This document shows positions 1 to 13,229 of a DNA stretch of 64,000 nt, one piece after another. The DNA comes from Octopus vulgaris. Its lineage: Eukaryota. Position 1 is the stretch's first letter. Each line of letters opens with the position of its first letter. Under the pieces are notes generated by a model. It was not told the DNA's origin. It searched no databases and was given only the letters and a program-made list of their open reading frames with translations. The DNA lies in NCBI GenBank assembly GCA_951406725.2, contig OX597816.1, forward strand, positions 57,598,001-57,662,000, in the 5' to 3' direction. A program made the translations under genes and the position numbers.

Positions 1-65
1 TAGCCAGCGCTCTTAACCACTCTCTATATGTCTCCATTGAAGTCTAATGTCAATTAGATAATACA

Positions 66-196
66 GTTCTATATTTAAGAGATGAGGAATTATGTACATT
101 ATTTACATTATTTACATTCGACAGATATTTGTCCTCGTCTTGTTTGTTGTCAACAAACAAGGTGAACATAATTCCTCATCTCTTAAGTATAGAACT
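66..196. mobile_element. Short MITE-like foldback (internally deleted copy of the family at ~52440-52757)
   Basis: agttctatatttaagagatgaggaattatgt is inverted as acataattcctcatctcttaagtatagaact; the internal cattatttacattatttac...atttgtcctc matches 52441-52490. Confidence 0.6.
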
Positions 197-464
197 CTAT
201 CCATAAAGAAAAAAGTTTCTTTAGAAGTCTGTACAGCAAGAAACAGCTGGGTCTCTTTCAACTTATCCAAATGAATGTGTGATAGATGAAATAAGAGCTT
301 TGAGAACAGCATCTATAAAACGAGTTTTCAAACATTGAATGGCTTTGGGAGTTCACCACAGTAAAGCAGTAATCAAAGGCATTCAAAAATAATAATTGGT
401 TGGGAATCACTCATCTATAGTGACACTTCTTGTACTTCATTGCAGGCAAATAATGGGTTCCAAG

Positions 465-1485
465 CAGATGAAATACACCGTTATCTATTTCTTGATGAAG
501 GAGGCTACAGGTTATCTGACATCCACAGAAGAACACAGAATGTTTGCAAAGATGACATCATTGAGAAGACGAATATGCACAGATGAATGGAGAAATATAT
601 AAAGTAACAGAAACCAGCTTTGAAGGTAAGCGATGCAGTGGAAGTCCATCAATTGCTACCCCTGATACGAATTACTGGTGAGTGGACAAATTGATTCTCA
701 TGGACAGACAAATAACAATCAGTGAACTTGCTGCATGGCTACACTGGGGCCACACTGCATAACAGAAAATGATGGAAGGCTTTGGATACTGGAAAGTGCA
801 TGTAAAGAGCCTATTGCAGCAGTTAACCCCTTATTCACAGGAAACAAGGGCAGATATCTGCTCTCTTTTACTGAAAGCATTTGAAACCAATGAAGACACG
901 TCTTGTTCTGATCTGGTAAGAAGGGATGAAATGAAGGCTTAGTCCATGGAATTGTGTTATGCTGTCTCTTCTACAAAAGCTAAGAAGTTCATGAGACAGT
1001 GACCAGTACAGACTTACATGGTGGCTGTTTTGGGGGGATTACAAGGTTGTCGTTCCCTTTGATTTGCTGGAATGCAGCTGTACGGTGAAGAGAGCAATGC
1101 ATATTGATGCACCTGAAAAGCTTAAAGAAGACATCGAGAAGGAAAATACCAAACAAGAAACTAAAATCACTGCACACTGACCGTGACAGTTTGTGACCAC
1201 AGACACATCTTTGGTAACAAATCAGGCAGTCAGGAAGTTGAGTGGATTAATGGTCCCTATCGACCATAAAGCCTGGATCTGACACCCTCCAACTTCTATC
1301 TGTTTGGTCCAATGAAGAACAGTCATTGGAGACAATGATTTGGAGACACAGACGAGATGAGGTGGTTGTGACTGTGAAGAAGTGGCTGAAGCAGTGTACA
1401 ACTGAAATTTTTTCAAAAGTGGTTTCCAGGATCGGTTTCAAACATGGCACGAATACATCGCTTGTAATGGAGACTATGTACAATG
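465..1485 (+). pseudogene. Highly decayed mariner transposase
   Basis: Frameshifted remnants: SGSPS..VDKLILMDRQITISELAA (HTH), P*SLDLTPSNFYLFGPMK (YSPDLAPSDF motif), VKKWLKQ, C-terminal NGDYV. Confidence 0.75.
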
Positions 1486-1651
1486 GCACCGTTGCACAGA
1501 AGAAGAATTACTCTACCAAATTGTGCAGTTTGAATGACCTATGTCTGTTATGCCTATTCTTGCATTGCTATAATCCTTGTGTGTGTACAGATGGTGTACT
1601 AGTCCAGTCATGAGAACATCACACAGAAAATGTCTTGGTATAGCAGATACC

Positions 1652-1889
1652 AAGGCGGCGAGCTGGCAGAAACGTTAGCATGCCAGGCGAAATAATTAGC
1701 GGTATTTCATCTGCCGTTACATTCTGAGTTCAAATTCCGCCGAGGTCAACTTTGCCTTTCATCCTTTCGGGGTCGATTAAATAAGTACCAGTTATGCACT
1801 GGGATCGATATAATCGACTTAATCCGTTTGTCTGTCCTTGTTTGTCCTCTCTGTGTTTAGCCCCTTGTGGGTAGTAAAGAAATAGGTAT
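1652..1889 (+). mobile_element. tRNA-derived SINE, family A (ggcggcgagctggcagaa head)
   Basis: B-box-like gagttcaaattcc and body ctttgcctttcatcctttcggggtcgat; many copies in the window. Confidence 0.85.
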
Positions 1890-2449
1890 AGCAGATAACC
1901 TTCCGCAAAGGCTCTCATTGAAAATGTAAGAGAAATCCTTCCTTGAGATTTAAACCTGAATGTTTAAGTTCTAAAACCCAAACTGCTCATAAACAAGATC
2001 ACTATACCTGGTAAGGTTGACTGAAGATGGTCTCTACTGGCAAGCAATAATACCATATATGGTAAATATCCAGCAAAACATCCATAACATTAGGTGTGCT
2101 AATTAAAAGAAAAAAATTAATTTATGCACCAGAAGTTTCACTTTAGGTAATTCTGAAATTTTCTTGGAAGGGTTTGCAAAACCCCTGAGATTCAAGTCTC
2201 TTGAGGGATATATTTCTTGTAACAGCTGAAAGCTCTTTGAGGGAGAGGGAGAGAGAGAGTTGGCAGGAGAAAGAGAGATACAAATGTATATGCCAATGTG
2301 TGTCTATTTTCACATTGCAAAATTTAAGCCATTCACTAACAAGTGTATCACTTGAAGTTTGTAGATTTTATATTAAAAGTGTTTAGTTTCAGATCAACAG
2401 TAAAGCCTGCCATTGTCAAGCAGGTCGCCTTATATTAATGAAGGCACAA

Positions 2450-2763
2450 GATTACTATTTTTAAGTCTCACAGCATGAGGTATTCAGCAGCAGTACTTTG
2501 GAGTAAAGATTGTTTGCCAACATAACATGGCAATCCTGGTTTAGGACAAATGTTGCTGTGATTTAGCCCCAGGGAAATAGCCCAGAAATCTTGATACACA
2601 GATATTGTTTTTGAGCTGTGGGGGGTGCTAGATCCCCTTGTTCAAAAATATAAGGACACAGATCGTGTCATGTAGCCAGCTGGAGATGATGCCTCCTGAG
2701 ACTAAATTACAGCAACATTCGTCTAAAACCAGGACTGCCATGTTACGTTGGCAAACAATCTTT
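2450..2763. mobile_element. Long-TIR MITE, internally deleted copy (same family as 5135-5565 and 19775-20022)
   Basis: aaagattgtttgccaacataacatggc at left and gccatgttacgttggcaaacaatcttt at right. Confidence 0.75.
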
Positions 2764-4167
2764 TCTAGGCACAAGGCCCGAAATTTTTGGGGGAGGGGGC
2801 AGTCGATTAGATCGACCCCAGTACACAACTGGTACTTAATTTATCAACCCCCTGTGGAATTATTAATGAAGAACATTAACAGTAGCATTTCTAGTATTTC
2901 ATCAAATGAAATTTTAACCATGCATCATTCTACAACAATAATGTCTTAAAGGAAAGAGGTTTCTATGAATAAAAAAATGCTTATTGTGACACTTAGCAAG
3001 CATAAAAATCAATTGGTTTAATCCTCCTTATAGCTTGGATATAGTGTTCAGTGTCACACACTCATACAAAGACGTTTTGAAGTGAGTACAGAAGCACCTA
3101 ACTATTGCTCCTGGGCTGTCCAAGATTCCCTATGAAATATCCCCCAAGGTTTTCAAAAGCTGTACTAGAAACTTCAAGAATTTTATATTTGTGGTGAATA
3201 AAAGAAAGTACAGCAGCAATGTTTGGTATCGAATCAGTTTCAATGATTTTATGTCAACATTAACTTTTGAAATTCGTCAATAACTTTTTTATACAAATCC
3301 AATTAAACAATGTTGCCAGTAATTAAATATCTATGAATTAATAGCATTAATGAGAGAACAGCAGAGACAAGATAGATTGAAAAGAAGGCATGTGTCAAAA
3401 GTGTTGAGAATCACTCCTCAATAGTAATTGTCATAGTCTACTCAACAATTCCTGATGGAATTGGATGTACCATGGCTGCACCCTCTATTTTCTGATAAAG
3501 AATTGGAAACTAGTTTGGGTTGTTTTTTCCGTCTGCTTTTAAAACCTTCCACTTTTGAAAAATGACTCAATGCTGACAAGAATATAAGGTTTTGATTCAA
3601 ACACTTTCACAGAGTGTGCCATGTGGTGTCTTTCATAGAGTTACCAGGTCATAACTTTAGGGAGCTTCGGTATTCACCACTAGGAATGATTTGGCCAGAA
3701 TGCAAGAAACATTTTCACAACTACAACCAACTTATTGATTTGGTTTAGCAGATTTTATATCAATACAGCAGAAGAAACAACACTGATTTTGTTTTGCGAG
3801 ATTTGCCTGTAGATGCCATAACTCTAACACATCTCTGTACCTCAGACCATCACCAAATAAATGCTGGTAAAACCAAATGTCCCAGAGTATCAGGACAAAC
3901 TATACAAGTTTACTACAAATGAGCAAACATTCAAGTTTTGCTTAAATTAAACAAATTTATTGAAGAAAAAAAAATACTCAAAAATGACACCTGCATAGAA
4001 TACAACAGTTAAGGGAAAATACTCAAACAAAACATCGGGCAAGCAACTGCCCATGATCTTCAAAGCACAAATGTCTTCTAACATTCTGCAAATATAAAAA
4101 AAAAACAATACATATTTTACTGCATGTGCTGCTAAATTTTAAATCCTCCATCAAATCATATATGTAC

Positions 4168-4725
4168 TGCTAAGCCTTGCATATGTTGATAAGCCTTGCA
4201 TGTGTTGCTAATTCTTGCACGTGCTGCTAAGCTTTGCATATGTTGATAAGCCTTGCATGTGCTGCTAAGCTTTACATGTGCTGCTAAGCCTTGCATATGT
4301 TGCTAAGCCTCGCATGTGTTGCTAATTCTTGCACGTGCTGCTAAGCTTTGCATATGTTGATAAGCCTTGCATGTGCTGCTAAGCTTTACATGTGCTGCTA
4401 AGCCTTGCATATGTTGATAAGCCTTGCATGTGTTGCTAATTCTTGCACGTGCTGCTAAGCTTTGCATATGTTGATAAGCTTTGCATGTGCTGCTAAGCTT
4501 TACATGTGCTGCTAAGCCTTGCATATGTTGATAAGCCTTGCATGTGTTGCTAATTCTTGCACGTGCTGCTAAGCTTTGCATATGTTGATAAGCCTTGCAT
4601 GTGCTGCTAAGCTTTACATGTGCTGCTAAGCCTTGCATATGTTGCTAAGCCTCGCATGTGTTGCTAAGCCTCGCATGTGTTGCTAAGCCTTGCACATGTT
4701 GCTAAGCCTTGCATGTGTTGCTAAA
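4168..4725. repeat. 19-bp minisatellite (tgctaagccttgcatgtgt) with 114-bp six-monomer higher-order repeat
   Basis: Variant monomers recur in fixed order every 114 bp; the minus-strand ORF 4303-4638 repeats a 38-aa unit. Confidence 0.9.
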
Positions 4726-5134
4726 TCCACGTTACTAAACCTTGACATCTAGATATCCTGTTTGACAGATATTGAACAGCCAAACCCTATGGAGAATGCA
4801 TTTCATTGTTCATATAACAGAGTCTTCTTCTTGTTCCACGTGAAGCAGTAATGTGAATTAGGCAGAAATTAGAGCAATGATATTTAGATGTCATTGATAA
4901 GAAATGCAGACTCTAAAGCTAGTTGTTTGTTTCTGTGGCAGATAAGTAAAAGAACAAATCTTTATTTTTAAATATGGTTTCCCCCTTACTCTACCTGAAA
5001 TATTTGATGAGAAAAGGTCAAAATCTTATTTTCAGACATGATCTCATTGTTTCCTGTTGGTGAATATCACTTTAGCCTTACTTCATGCAACATTCTTCTT
5101 AGTGCTCTGTTCACATTTATATTGGATATATTTT

Positions 5135-5565
5135 AGAAAATGACTATTTTAAAATCTCACAAGGTGAGATATTCAGCAACAGTACTTTGGAGTAAAGATT
5201 GTTTGCCAACATAACATGGCAGTCCTGGCTTAGGACAAATGTTGCTGTAATTTAGCCCCAGGAGACATCATCTCCAGCTGGTTATACAACACGATCTGTG
5301 TCCTTATATTTTCGAACAAGGAAATCTAGCACCCCAACCTCTAGCCGAACAGTTATTCTGTGCTAATGAAGGGAAATATCCTGGAAATCGTGATACACAG
5401 ATATTGTTTTGAGCTGAGTTGGGGCGCTAGATTCCCTTGTTCAAAAATATAAGGACACAGATCGTACCATATAGCCAGCTGGAGACGATGTCTCCTGGGG
5501 ATAAATTACAGCAACATTCGTCCTAAACCAGGACTGCCATGTTATGTTGGCAAACAATCTTTACT
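5135..5565. mobile_element. Foldback MITE with ~150-bp inverted arms
   Basis: 5191-5340 is the reverse complement of ~5414-5565. Confidence 0.85.
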
Positions 5566-5904
5566 GGATATATATTGTCATTTATTTGTTTCATTTTCTG
5601 GACTGTGGCCATGCTGGGGCACAGTCTTCAAGGTTTTAGTTGAATAAATCAACCCCAGTACATATTTTTGTTTAAGTTTTGTACTTAGCTATAAGCATGT
5701 ATTTGCCAAACCACTAAGTTACAGGGTGTTTACAAACCAACACTATTAGGGAAGAAGTGACAAAAGTAACATAAACACAAAGACATAAATACACTACATA
5801 AACATACATATATACATATGCATGTGAGTGAGTGTGTGTGTATGTGTGTGTGTGTGTGTGTGTGTGAGTGTGTGTGTGAGTGTGTGTGTGTGTGTGTACA
5901 TACA

Positions 5905-6240
5905 TCATCATTATTATCCTCATCATCGTTTAACATCTGCTTTCCATGCTGGCAAGGGTTGGACGGTTTGACTGAGGACTGGCAAGCCAGAAGGCTGCAC
6001 CAGACTCCAATCTGATCTGGCAAAGTTTCTATAGCTGGATGCCCTTCCTAACGCCAACCACTCTGAGAGTGTAGTGGGTTCTTTTATATGCCACCAGCAT
6101 GAGGGTCAGTGAAGCAGTTCTGGCAACGACCAAGCTCAAAAGGTGTTTTTTACGTGCTACCTGCATGGGAGCTAGTCCAGTGGCACTGGCAATAACCACG
6201 CTCGAATGTTGTTTTTCATGTGCTACTGACATGGGAGCCA
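5905..6240 (-). mobile_element. RTE-type LINE 3' UTR fragment
   Basis: (CAT)n tail and ctggatgcccttcctaacgccaacc motif shared with the ORF-linked copy at 11700-12347. Confidence 0.8.
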
Positions 6241-6245
6241 ATCTG

Positions 6246-6970
6246 TTTTTTTTTTCTTAATTGTTAAATTAATTTAATTGTTACGCGTGTGTCTAAAATT
6301 ATTCGTTTTGTTTTTGTTTTGAGTTTTTGCTTTCGTTTTAGCCTTTCATTTTTTTTTCTTAACTGTTAAATTAATTCAAGAATAACAATTAAGAAAAAAA
6401 AACGAAAGCAAAAACTCAAAACAAAAACAAAACGAATAATTTTAGACACACGCGTAACAATTAAATTAATTTAACAATTAAGAAAAAAAAACGAAAGTCT
6501 AAAATTTAGGGTTAGGGTTAGTGACAGGATGTTGTCTCAGTTTTAGACGCAGCAAATGATTTTAGCTCAATAGAGGCCATTGATTGGTTAAAATTCGAAA
6601 AATTAAACTACGTTAAACTTACAAAAATTGCAATTTTCTCAAGAAAGCCAAGAGAAAAAAATGTTTTATTTTGACACATTCTACCAGTATACGAAGTTTA
6701 AAAGTGTTTAGTTAACTAGAAATTGTGTTGAAAACTGCCGTTCAAAAAGAAAAGATCCCAGGTTTTTCCTCAACCGTCACTTTCGCCGTTCGCCTACCAA
6801 ACGAATAATTTTAGACACACGCATAACAATTAAATTAATTTAACAATTAAGAAAAAAAAACGAAAGACTAAAATTTAGGGTTAGGGTTAGTGACAGGATG
6901 TTGTCTCAGTTTTAGACGCAGCAAATGATTTTTAGCTCAATAGAGGCCATTGATTGGTAAAAATTCGAAA
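6246..6970. repeat. ~95-bp perfect inverted repeat plus ~170-bp direct duplication in a TTAGGG-bearing non-autonomous element
   Basis: 6246-6340 inverts to ~6397-6491; ~6430-6600 is repeated at ~6798-6970; the end gaaaagatcc at 6758 matches the family at 33277-33920. Confidence 0.75.
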
Positions 6971-7329
6971 AGAGAAAAGAGAAAAAAATTTTCACAGAAA
7001 TTCAGAAATTTTCTGCCCCGTAGTGCGAAAATTACTGTTTGTCAAAAGACAACAGTTCAAATCAATACACAATAACAAAAAACACAGACAGAAACGAACT
7101 CATGTAACAATTGGGTAGCAAATGAAAATATTGACGCACAACTGAGGGAAAAAAAACGAGGCTGGTAGAATTGAAAATTGAGTAGGGGAAACAGAGCATG
7201 CACTAGTTTATATAGAGTTAGTGTGTGTGGGGGTGTTGGCGTATCAGGTGGTAAATCGAAGAGAGAGAGAGGGGAAATTTGGAACACAAATTCCAAGCCT
7301 AGGGAGGAGAGTAATGCTGTATGTTTCAT

Positions 7330-9018
7330 ACAATTTTGAGTGGGTATAAAGGTGGGTAGAATCCCCTGTGAAAATTCATATTTTGATGAAAGTTGAAGCA
7401 TAGGTATTAGAAGTGAATTAAAAAATTTACTCAAAATTTCCATTTCTTTGGATGATTCTAAGACCCCCTAATGGGGGCTTAACCCCCAAATTTTAGTCAT
7501 TTTTCATGGACTAAAATTACTGAATGGATCCTTATGATATTTGGGACTTAGATTCAATGCATAAGGGTGAGTATAATGCAGTATGTTTGGTTTGAATTTG
7601 AGGGGGGCTTAAAGGGGCAACCCCCTCCACCCTGAATATTCATAAATTTCTGATGTTGATGAAATAATTTCAACCATAGGTAATTGACACAAATCAAGAA
7701 GTATTCCCAAAGTTTTTGCTTCTCATGAGGATTCTAAGACCCCCTAATGGGGTCCTTAACTCCCAAATTTTAGTAATTTTTTATGATCCAAAACAAGGTC
7801 AAGAGTACTGAATGGATCTTTTTTGAAATTTGGAAATTATATTCCATGCATAAGGACAGATGTAATGCAATATATGTTTGAAAGTGATGGGGCATAACCC
7901 CCATGAAAATTCATATATTTTTGCTGTTGATGAAATTTTAACCACAGATATTAGACACAAATGAAGTAATGTTCCTAAAATTTCAACTTCTTAGGAGGTT
8001 ATTAAGTCCTCTTAATGAGGGCTTAACCCACAACAATTTAGTCATTTTTCCTAAGCCAAGATGAATGCAACTGTAGTCTTGGATTTTAAAAAATCTGTAG
8101 CCCTAAGCATTGAAGCTAGCCATTGTGGTATTAAAATTAATCTGGTGCATAGGGATTGCATCTATGTTCTGGTTCATACATCTGTTGTACCAGCATATGT
8201 GTAGGGGCTAAGGGTTTATGGGACTACAGCCTCCGATAAAGTAGTATTCGTTATTTCACTCATCTTTCACTGCACTTTCTGCTCTTTCCCTAAATCATTC
8301 AACTGTTGATCGCATGATATTACAGTTTCTTTTACAATCCTTTACAAGTCGGCCGAGGCTAATTCTAAGAAATTATGATAATGACACACACACACCCACA
8401 TGCACGCCCACTCTCTCTCTCTGTCTCTCACTCTCTCGCTCACCCCCTATAGGGAAATGATGTTGTCATTGCACCTTACACAGTGCAATGCAGGCATTAT
8501 CTAAGGGTCTTCGCAATGTTCCTTCGGCCCCAAGCTGCAACTACAATTGTTCTATTACTATCCCTCCATTCATCTGCTTTCTTCATTTTTGCTGTCCACT
8601 CTCTCGGACTTATTCTTAATTTGAACAATAGATATAAGACACAAGCTAAAAAAAATTCCCAACAATTCAACTTTTCTGGTTGACTTTAAGACCCACCCTC
8701 ACCCCTAATAGGGGCCTCAACTCCCACATTTTAGAGCTCCATGTGCTCCATTTTTTCAGGAGCAAAAACCTTTGAATAGGTTTCATAAGATTTGGATTTC
8801 GGAATCTGGGCATAAAGATAAGTAGTATGGGATAAATATGTCATGATCAAAATATTTGTTAGGTTGTGTAAAGAGGGAAAGAACCACCATTAAAATTCTT
8901 TATCTCCAATTTTGATGAAATTTGAATCATAGCTATTCCAGTTCATTACAGAAAATATAAACGAAAAGTCTAATTCTTCAATTCCATGTGACACGGGCAA
9001 TGCCGGATATCTACTATA
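7330..9018 (+). mobile_element. Probable non-autonomous Helitron-type element with ~270-bp internal subrepeats
   Basis: The unit taagaccccctaatggggg..cttaac..tttagt recurs at ~7457, 7733, 8002 and 8687; degenerate 3' hairpin/CTAG-like end cacgggcaatgccggatatctactata; left boundary uncertain. Confidence 0.5.
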
Positions 9019-9076
9019 ATTATATAATGTATTTATATAATTATTATTTTAGTATATATATATATATATATATATA

Positions 9077-10346
9077 CGAGGGGTGTATGAAAAGTTTTGA
9101 GCCTAACCTAGAAATGGGGCTGCTAGGTAGCTGAAACAATTTTTTTCTGGTAAGTACAGTATTTTTGGAGTATTCTTGCTCATTTTCATGATTCTGATAT
9201 TTTAATTTTTTTTGTTATAGATTTTTGAATAAACAAGTGTCGAGGTTACAAGGAAAATGGAGAAAACTGAGTATCGTGCTGTCATAAAGTACCTTCATTT
9301 GAAAGACATGATTCCATCAGAAATCCATGAAGATATGGTGAGAACCTTAACAGACAATGCTCCTTATATGCAACAGTCAAACGCTGGGTAAATGAATTCC
9401 AGCATGGCAGGGGAGAGTGTGGAAGATGATCCCACACCAGGGAGGCCTCCAACTGCAACCACCAGGAACAACATTGACCTTGCTCTTGGTATGATAATGC
9501 AAGATCGTCGAATATCATGTCGCCAGATAGCCGAGAGACTGGGCATCTCAAAAGAAAGAGCAGACAACATTGTGACAAAAGAACTTGGGTTCTGAAAGGT
9601 CTCTGCAAGGTGGGTCCCTCGTCTTTTGACTCCTGAACAGAAACGCACCAGGTGCACTTTGTCCACAAGCAATCTGGAACTGTTTGAAGCCAATGAAGAG
9701 AATTTTCTTGCTCATTTTATTACTATGGATGAAAGTTGCGGTCATCACTACCAGCCTGAAACCAAAGAACAATTAAAGCAGTGGAAGCACACATCTTCTC
9801 CTACCCCAAAGAAGGCCAGGTCATAGTGTCAGTTTCTTGAGATTCTCAAGGTGTCTTGCTGATCGATTACCTTGAAAAGGGTCACACCGTGACAGGGCTG
9901 TATTATTCTCAGCTACTGTAATGCCTCCAAGAAGCAATCAAAGAGAAAAGGCCAGGAATGCTCACCAGAAGAGTCCTTTTTCATCACGACAATGCTCCAG
10001 CCCACATCTCAGTGTGCCATGGCAACAATTCCTGATTGTGGATATGAACTTGTTCCCCATCTGCCTTATTCGCCAGACTTAGCCCCCTCTGACTTTCATC
10101 TATTCCCAAAAATGAAAAAAGCCCTGGCTGGTCGCCATTTTGCCATTGACAATGACGTCATAGGCACTGTAGGAAGTTTCTTAGAGTCTCGAACAAAAGA
10201 GTTCCTCTACGCTGGGATAATGGCACTTCAGCATCGCTGGAGAAAGTGTTCAGCCATCAAAGAGGACTATGTTGAAAAATAAATCATCAGAAGTCTTGTA
10301 CTATGTTTTATTTTTTTGAGGCTGAAGACTTTTCAGACACCCCTCG
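9077..10346 (+). mobile_element. Near full-length mariner (DD34D) transposon, 1270 bp, defective transposase ~9257-10282
   Basis: TIRs cgaggggtgtatgaaaagttttgagcct / aggctgaagacttttcagacacccctcg with TA on both sides; MEKTEYRAVIKYL, WVPRLL, ITMDES, HHDNA, YSPDLAPSDFHLFP; internal stops and frameshifts. Confidence 0.95.
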
Positions 10347-10977
10347 TATGTATGTATGTATGTATGTATGTATGTATGTATGTATGCATGCATGTATGTA
10401 TGTATGTATGTATGCGTGTATGTGTATTTGTGTGTGTGTATGTGTATGAGTGTGTGTGTATGTATGTATGTGTGTGTATGTATGTATGTATGTATGTATG
10501 TGTTCTATACAGAAAAAATGTTACTATATTTTAACTTCAGGAAAACAACTTTTCCCATTGGCTCTTAACATACAACCTGTGTCTGTTTTGTTGTGAGCAA
10601 CAGAGCGAAGAACATTCCAACTTGTAGATAGTTTCTGGGTTCCTTCCTGCCCTCAACAATGGACGTTTGTCTGCTAGAGACAGCAGTTATTCGTTCTTGC
10701 TCACGATATATAAACAAAGAAGCAACTATCAGTTGTTACGATCTCGTAACAAGCTAAGGTAGCAGGTTTCAAATGTTTCTGAGAGTACAGTGTTCTTTCA
10801 TAATGTTGGCAGATACAGTTCATTCAGAATTTTCAACCGTTAATGGAAGCAAACAAACAATGGGAAAAAAATGTGGCTTTCTTCTTCAGGTTGGAGAGAA
10901 AGAAATCTAACATGTGGCTGGGAAGCAAACTTCTTGCTATACAGCCATAGCACCACCTACAAACCATATGCCTGGGC

Positions 10978-11012
<35 letters not shown>

Positions 11013-11015
<3 letters not shown>

Positions 11016-11512
11016 TCATCATCATCATCATCATTTAACGTCCGCTTTCCATGCTAGCATGGGTTGGACGGTTCAACTGGGGTCTGGGGAGCCCGAAAGC
11101 TGCACCAGTCCAGTCAGATCTGGCAGTGTTTCTACAGCTGGATGCCCTTCCTAACGCCAACCACTCCGAGAGTGTAGTGGGTGATTTTATGTGCCACCGA
11201 CACAGGTGCCAGACGAGGCTGGCAAACGGCCACGTTCGGATGGTGTTTTTTATGTGCCACCGACACAGGTGCCAGACGAGGCTGGCAGACGGCCATGCTC
11301 GGATGGTGTTTTTATGTGCCACCAACACAGGTGCCAGATGAGGCTGGCAAACGGCCACAATCGGATGGTGTTTGTTACGTGCCCACAGCACGGAGGCCAG
11401 TCGATGCGGTACTGGCTACGGCCACGTTCGGATGGTTTTCTTGTGTGCCACGTGCCACCGGCACTGGTACCACAAAGATACAAATTCCATTGATGTTCAT
11501 CTATTTTGATTT
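11013..11512 (-). mobile_element. RTE-type LINE 3' UTR with 63-bp internal tandem repeats
   Basis: (CAT)n tail; repeated gtgccaccgacacaggtgccagacgaggctggcaaacggccac unit. Confidence 0.85.
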
Positions 11513-11603
11513 GTTATATATATATATATATATATACTCACTCTATATATATAATCTCTCTATATATATGTAAATATATATATATATATATATAGATTGT
11601 ATA

Positions 11604-11667
<64 letters not shown>

Positions 11668-11699
11668 TGTATACTCGACAGAGTGTAAGTACCTTGAAG

Positions 11700-12347
11700 G
11701 TAAAGTTGGACCTAAGAAGCATCAGTTGTGGTGTGCAAGAGAGATGTTTGCGCTTGTATGGTCATGTGGTGAGAATGGATGAAGATAGTTGTGTGAAAAA
11801 GTGCCACACCCTAGTGGTTGTGGGAACCTGTGGGAAAGGTAGACCCAGGAAAACCTGGGACGAGGTGGTGAAACACAACCTTCGAATATTAGGTCTCACC
11901 AAGGCTATGACTAGTGACCGAGACCTTTGGAAGTATGCTGTGCATGAGAAGACCCGGCAGGACAAGTGAGACCATAACCCGTGGCCTTTACCTGGGATGC
12001 AGCCAGTCCACTTATGCATACCTTTCCTTCTTGGGACACAAAACTCGAAATCGAAATCGATCAAAATCAATGGAAATTGTAGGTGTGATACCAGTGCCGG
12101 TGGCACGTAAAAAGCACCATCCGATCGTGGCCGTTGCCAGCCTCGTCTGGCACCTGTGCCGGTGGCACGTAAAAAGCACCCACTACACTCGCGGAGTGGT
12201 TGGTGTTAGGAAGAGCATCCAGCTGTTGAAACACTGCCAGATCAGATTGGGCCTAGTGCAGCCTCCTGGCTTCCCAGACCCCAGTGGAACCATCCAACCC
12301 ATGCTAGCATGGAAAGCGGATGTTAAACAATGATGATGATGATGATG
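11700..12347 (+). mobile_element. RTE-clade LINE 3' end (ORF C-terminus, 3' UTR and (GAT)n tail)
   Basis: RLYGHVVRMDEDSCVKK...GRPRKTWDEVVK...DRDLWK is the typical RTE C-terminus. Confidence 0.9.
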
Positions 12348-12372
12348 ATATATATATATGTACACACACACA

Positions 12373-12414
<42 letters not shown>

Positions 12415-12434
12415 TGTGTGTGTGTATATGTGTG

Positions 12435-12484
<50 letters not shown>

Positions 12485-12486
<2 letters not shown>

Positions 12487-12640
12487 GGAGTAAACACATA
12501 AATGTGAAACAAGGTGGAAAAAAGAGTACTCAAATACCAGTGGTAGAGTAATATGCTTTATTTTAAGCAGCAGAAAATTCAACAAAATCTGTTACTCTGA
12601 GTTTCTCGTTGCCGTTCATCAGACAGTTTTTGCTAGAATG
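12485..12640 (-). mobile_element. Penelope-like pseudo-LTR fragment bearing a hammerhead motif
   Basis: Same family as 25725-25812, 55211-55345 and 60199-60372; sits in (TA)n. Confidence 0.6.
12583..12632 (-). ncRNA. Minimal type I hammerhead ribozyme motif
   Basis: Minus strand CUGU-CUGAUGA-ACG GCAA CGA-GAAA-CUCAGAG-UA-ACAG; closing pair of stem II is mismatched (A.A) in this copy. Confidence 0.7.
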
Positions 12641-13140
12641 GAACCGATATATCAATTCAATCTAGACTCTTACAAACGCTACACCCTTAAAAAAAATGGA
12701 CTTGTTTGATTGGCCCTTTAGAAAAAACGGTCAATCTTCGAGCGATAAACAAAAAGGTCAAAAATATATGTATATATATATATAAAAACTTATAAAAATT
12801 TTAAAATTCGAGGAAAAAACCTTACATTGAATAAAATACATATTGACATTAATGAAGAAAGTATAATTAAAGCATAGAAATTAAACCTATTATAAATAAA
12901 CTGCAATACATATTATTATTAAAGTGTACATATATATATCAACATACACAGAAGGATGCGTGCAAACGCCATACATATACAGACATATAAATATAAATAT
13001 AAAATATACACATAAATGCATGCGTACATATATTTACGCAATCCATCTCGCACGCAAGTAAAAATCCTCGATGTAGCGATTCTCATATACAGAGTAAGGG
13101 GGGGAACGAAAGAAAGGAAGAGAGAGAAAAAGGAGAAAAA

Positions 13141-13187
<47 letters not shown>

Positions 13188-13229
13188 TTTATATATATAA
13201 AACTGAGAATGTGTGTGTGTCTGTCTGTG

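Noticed and set aside
4303-4638. 111-aa repetitive ORF, or CRISPR-like array
   Set aside because: By-product of the 19-bp satellite; no unique spacers and no cas genes
6506-6521. Telomere or interstitial telomeric array
   Set aside because: Only 2-3 TTAGGG units, internal to a repeat family (also ~6875 and ~33556)
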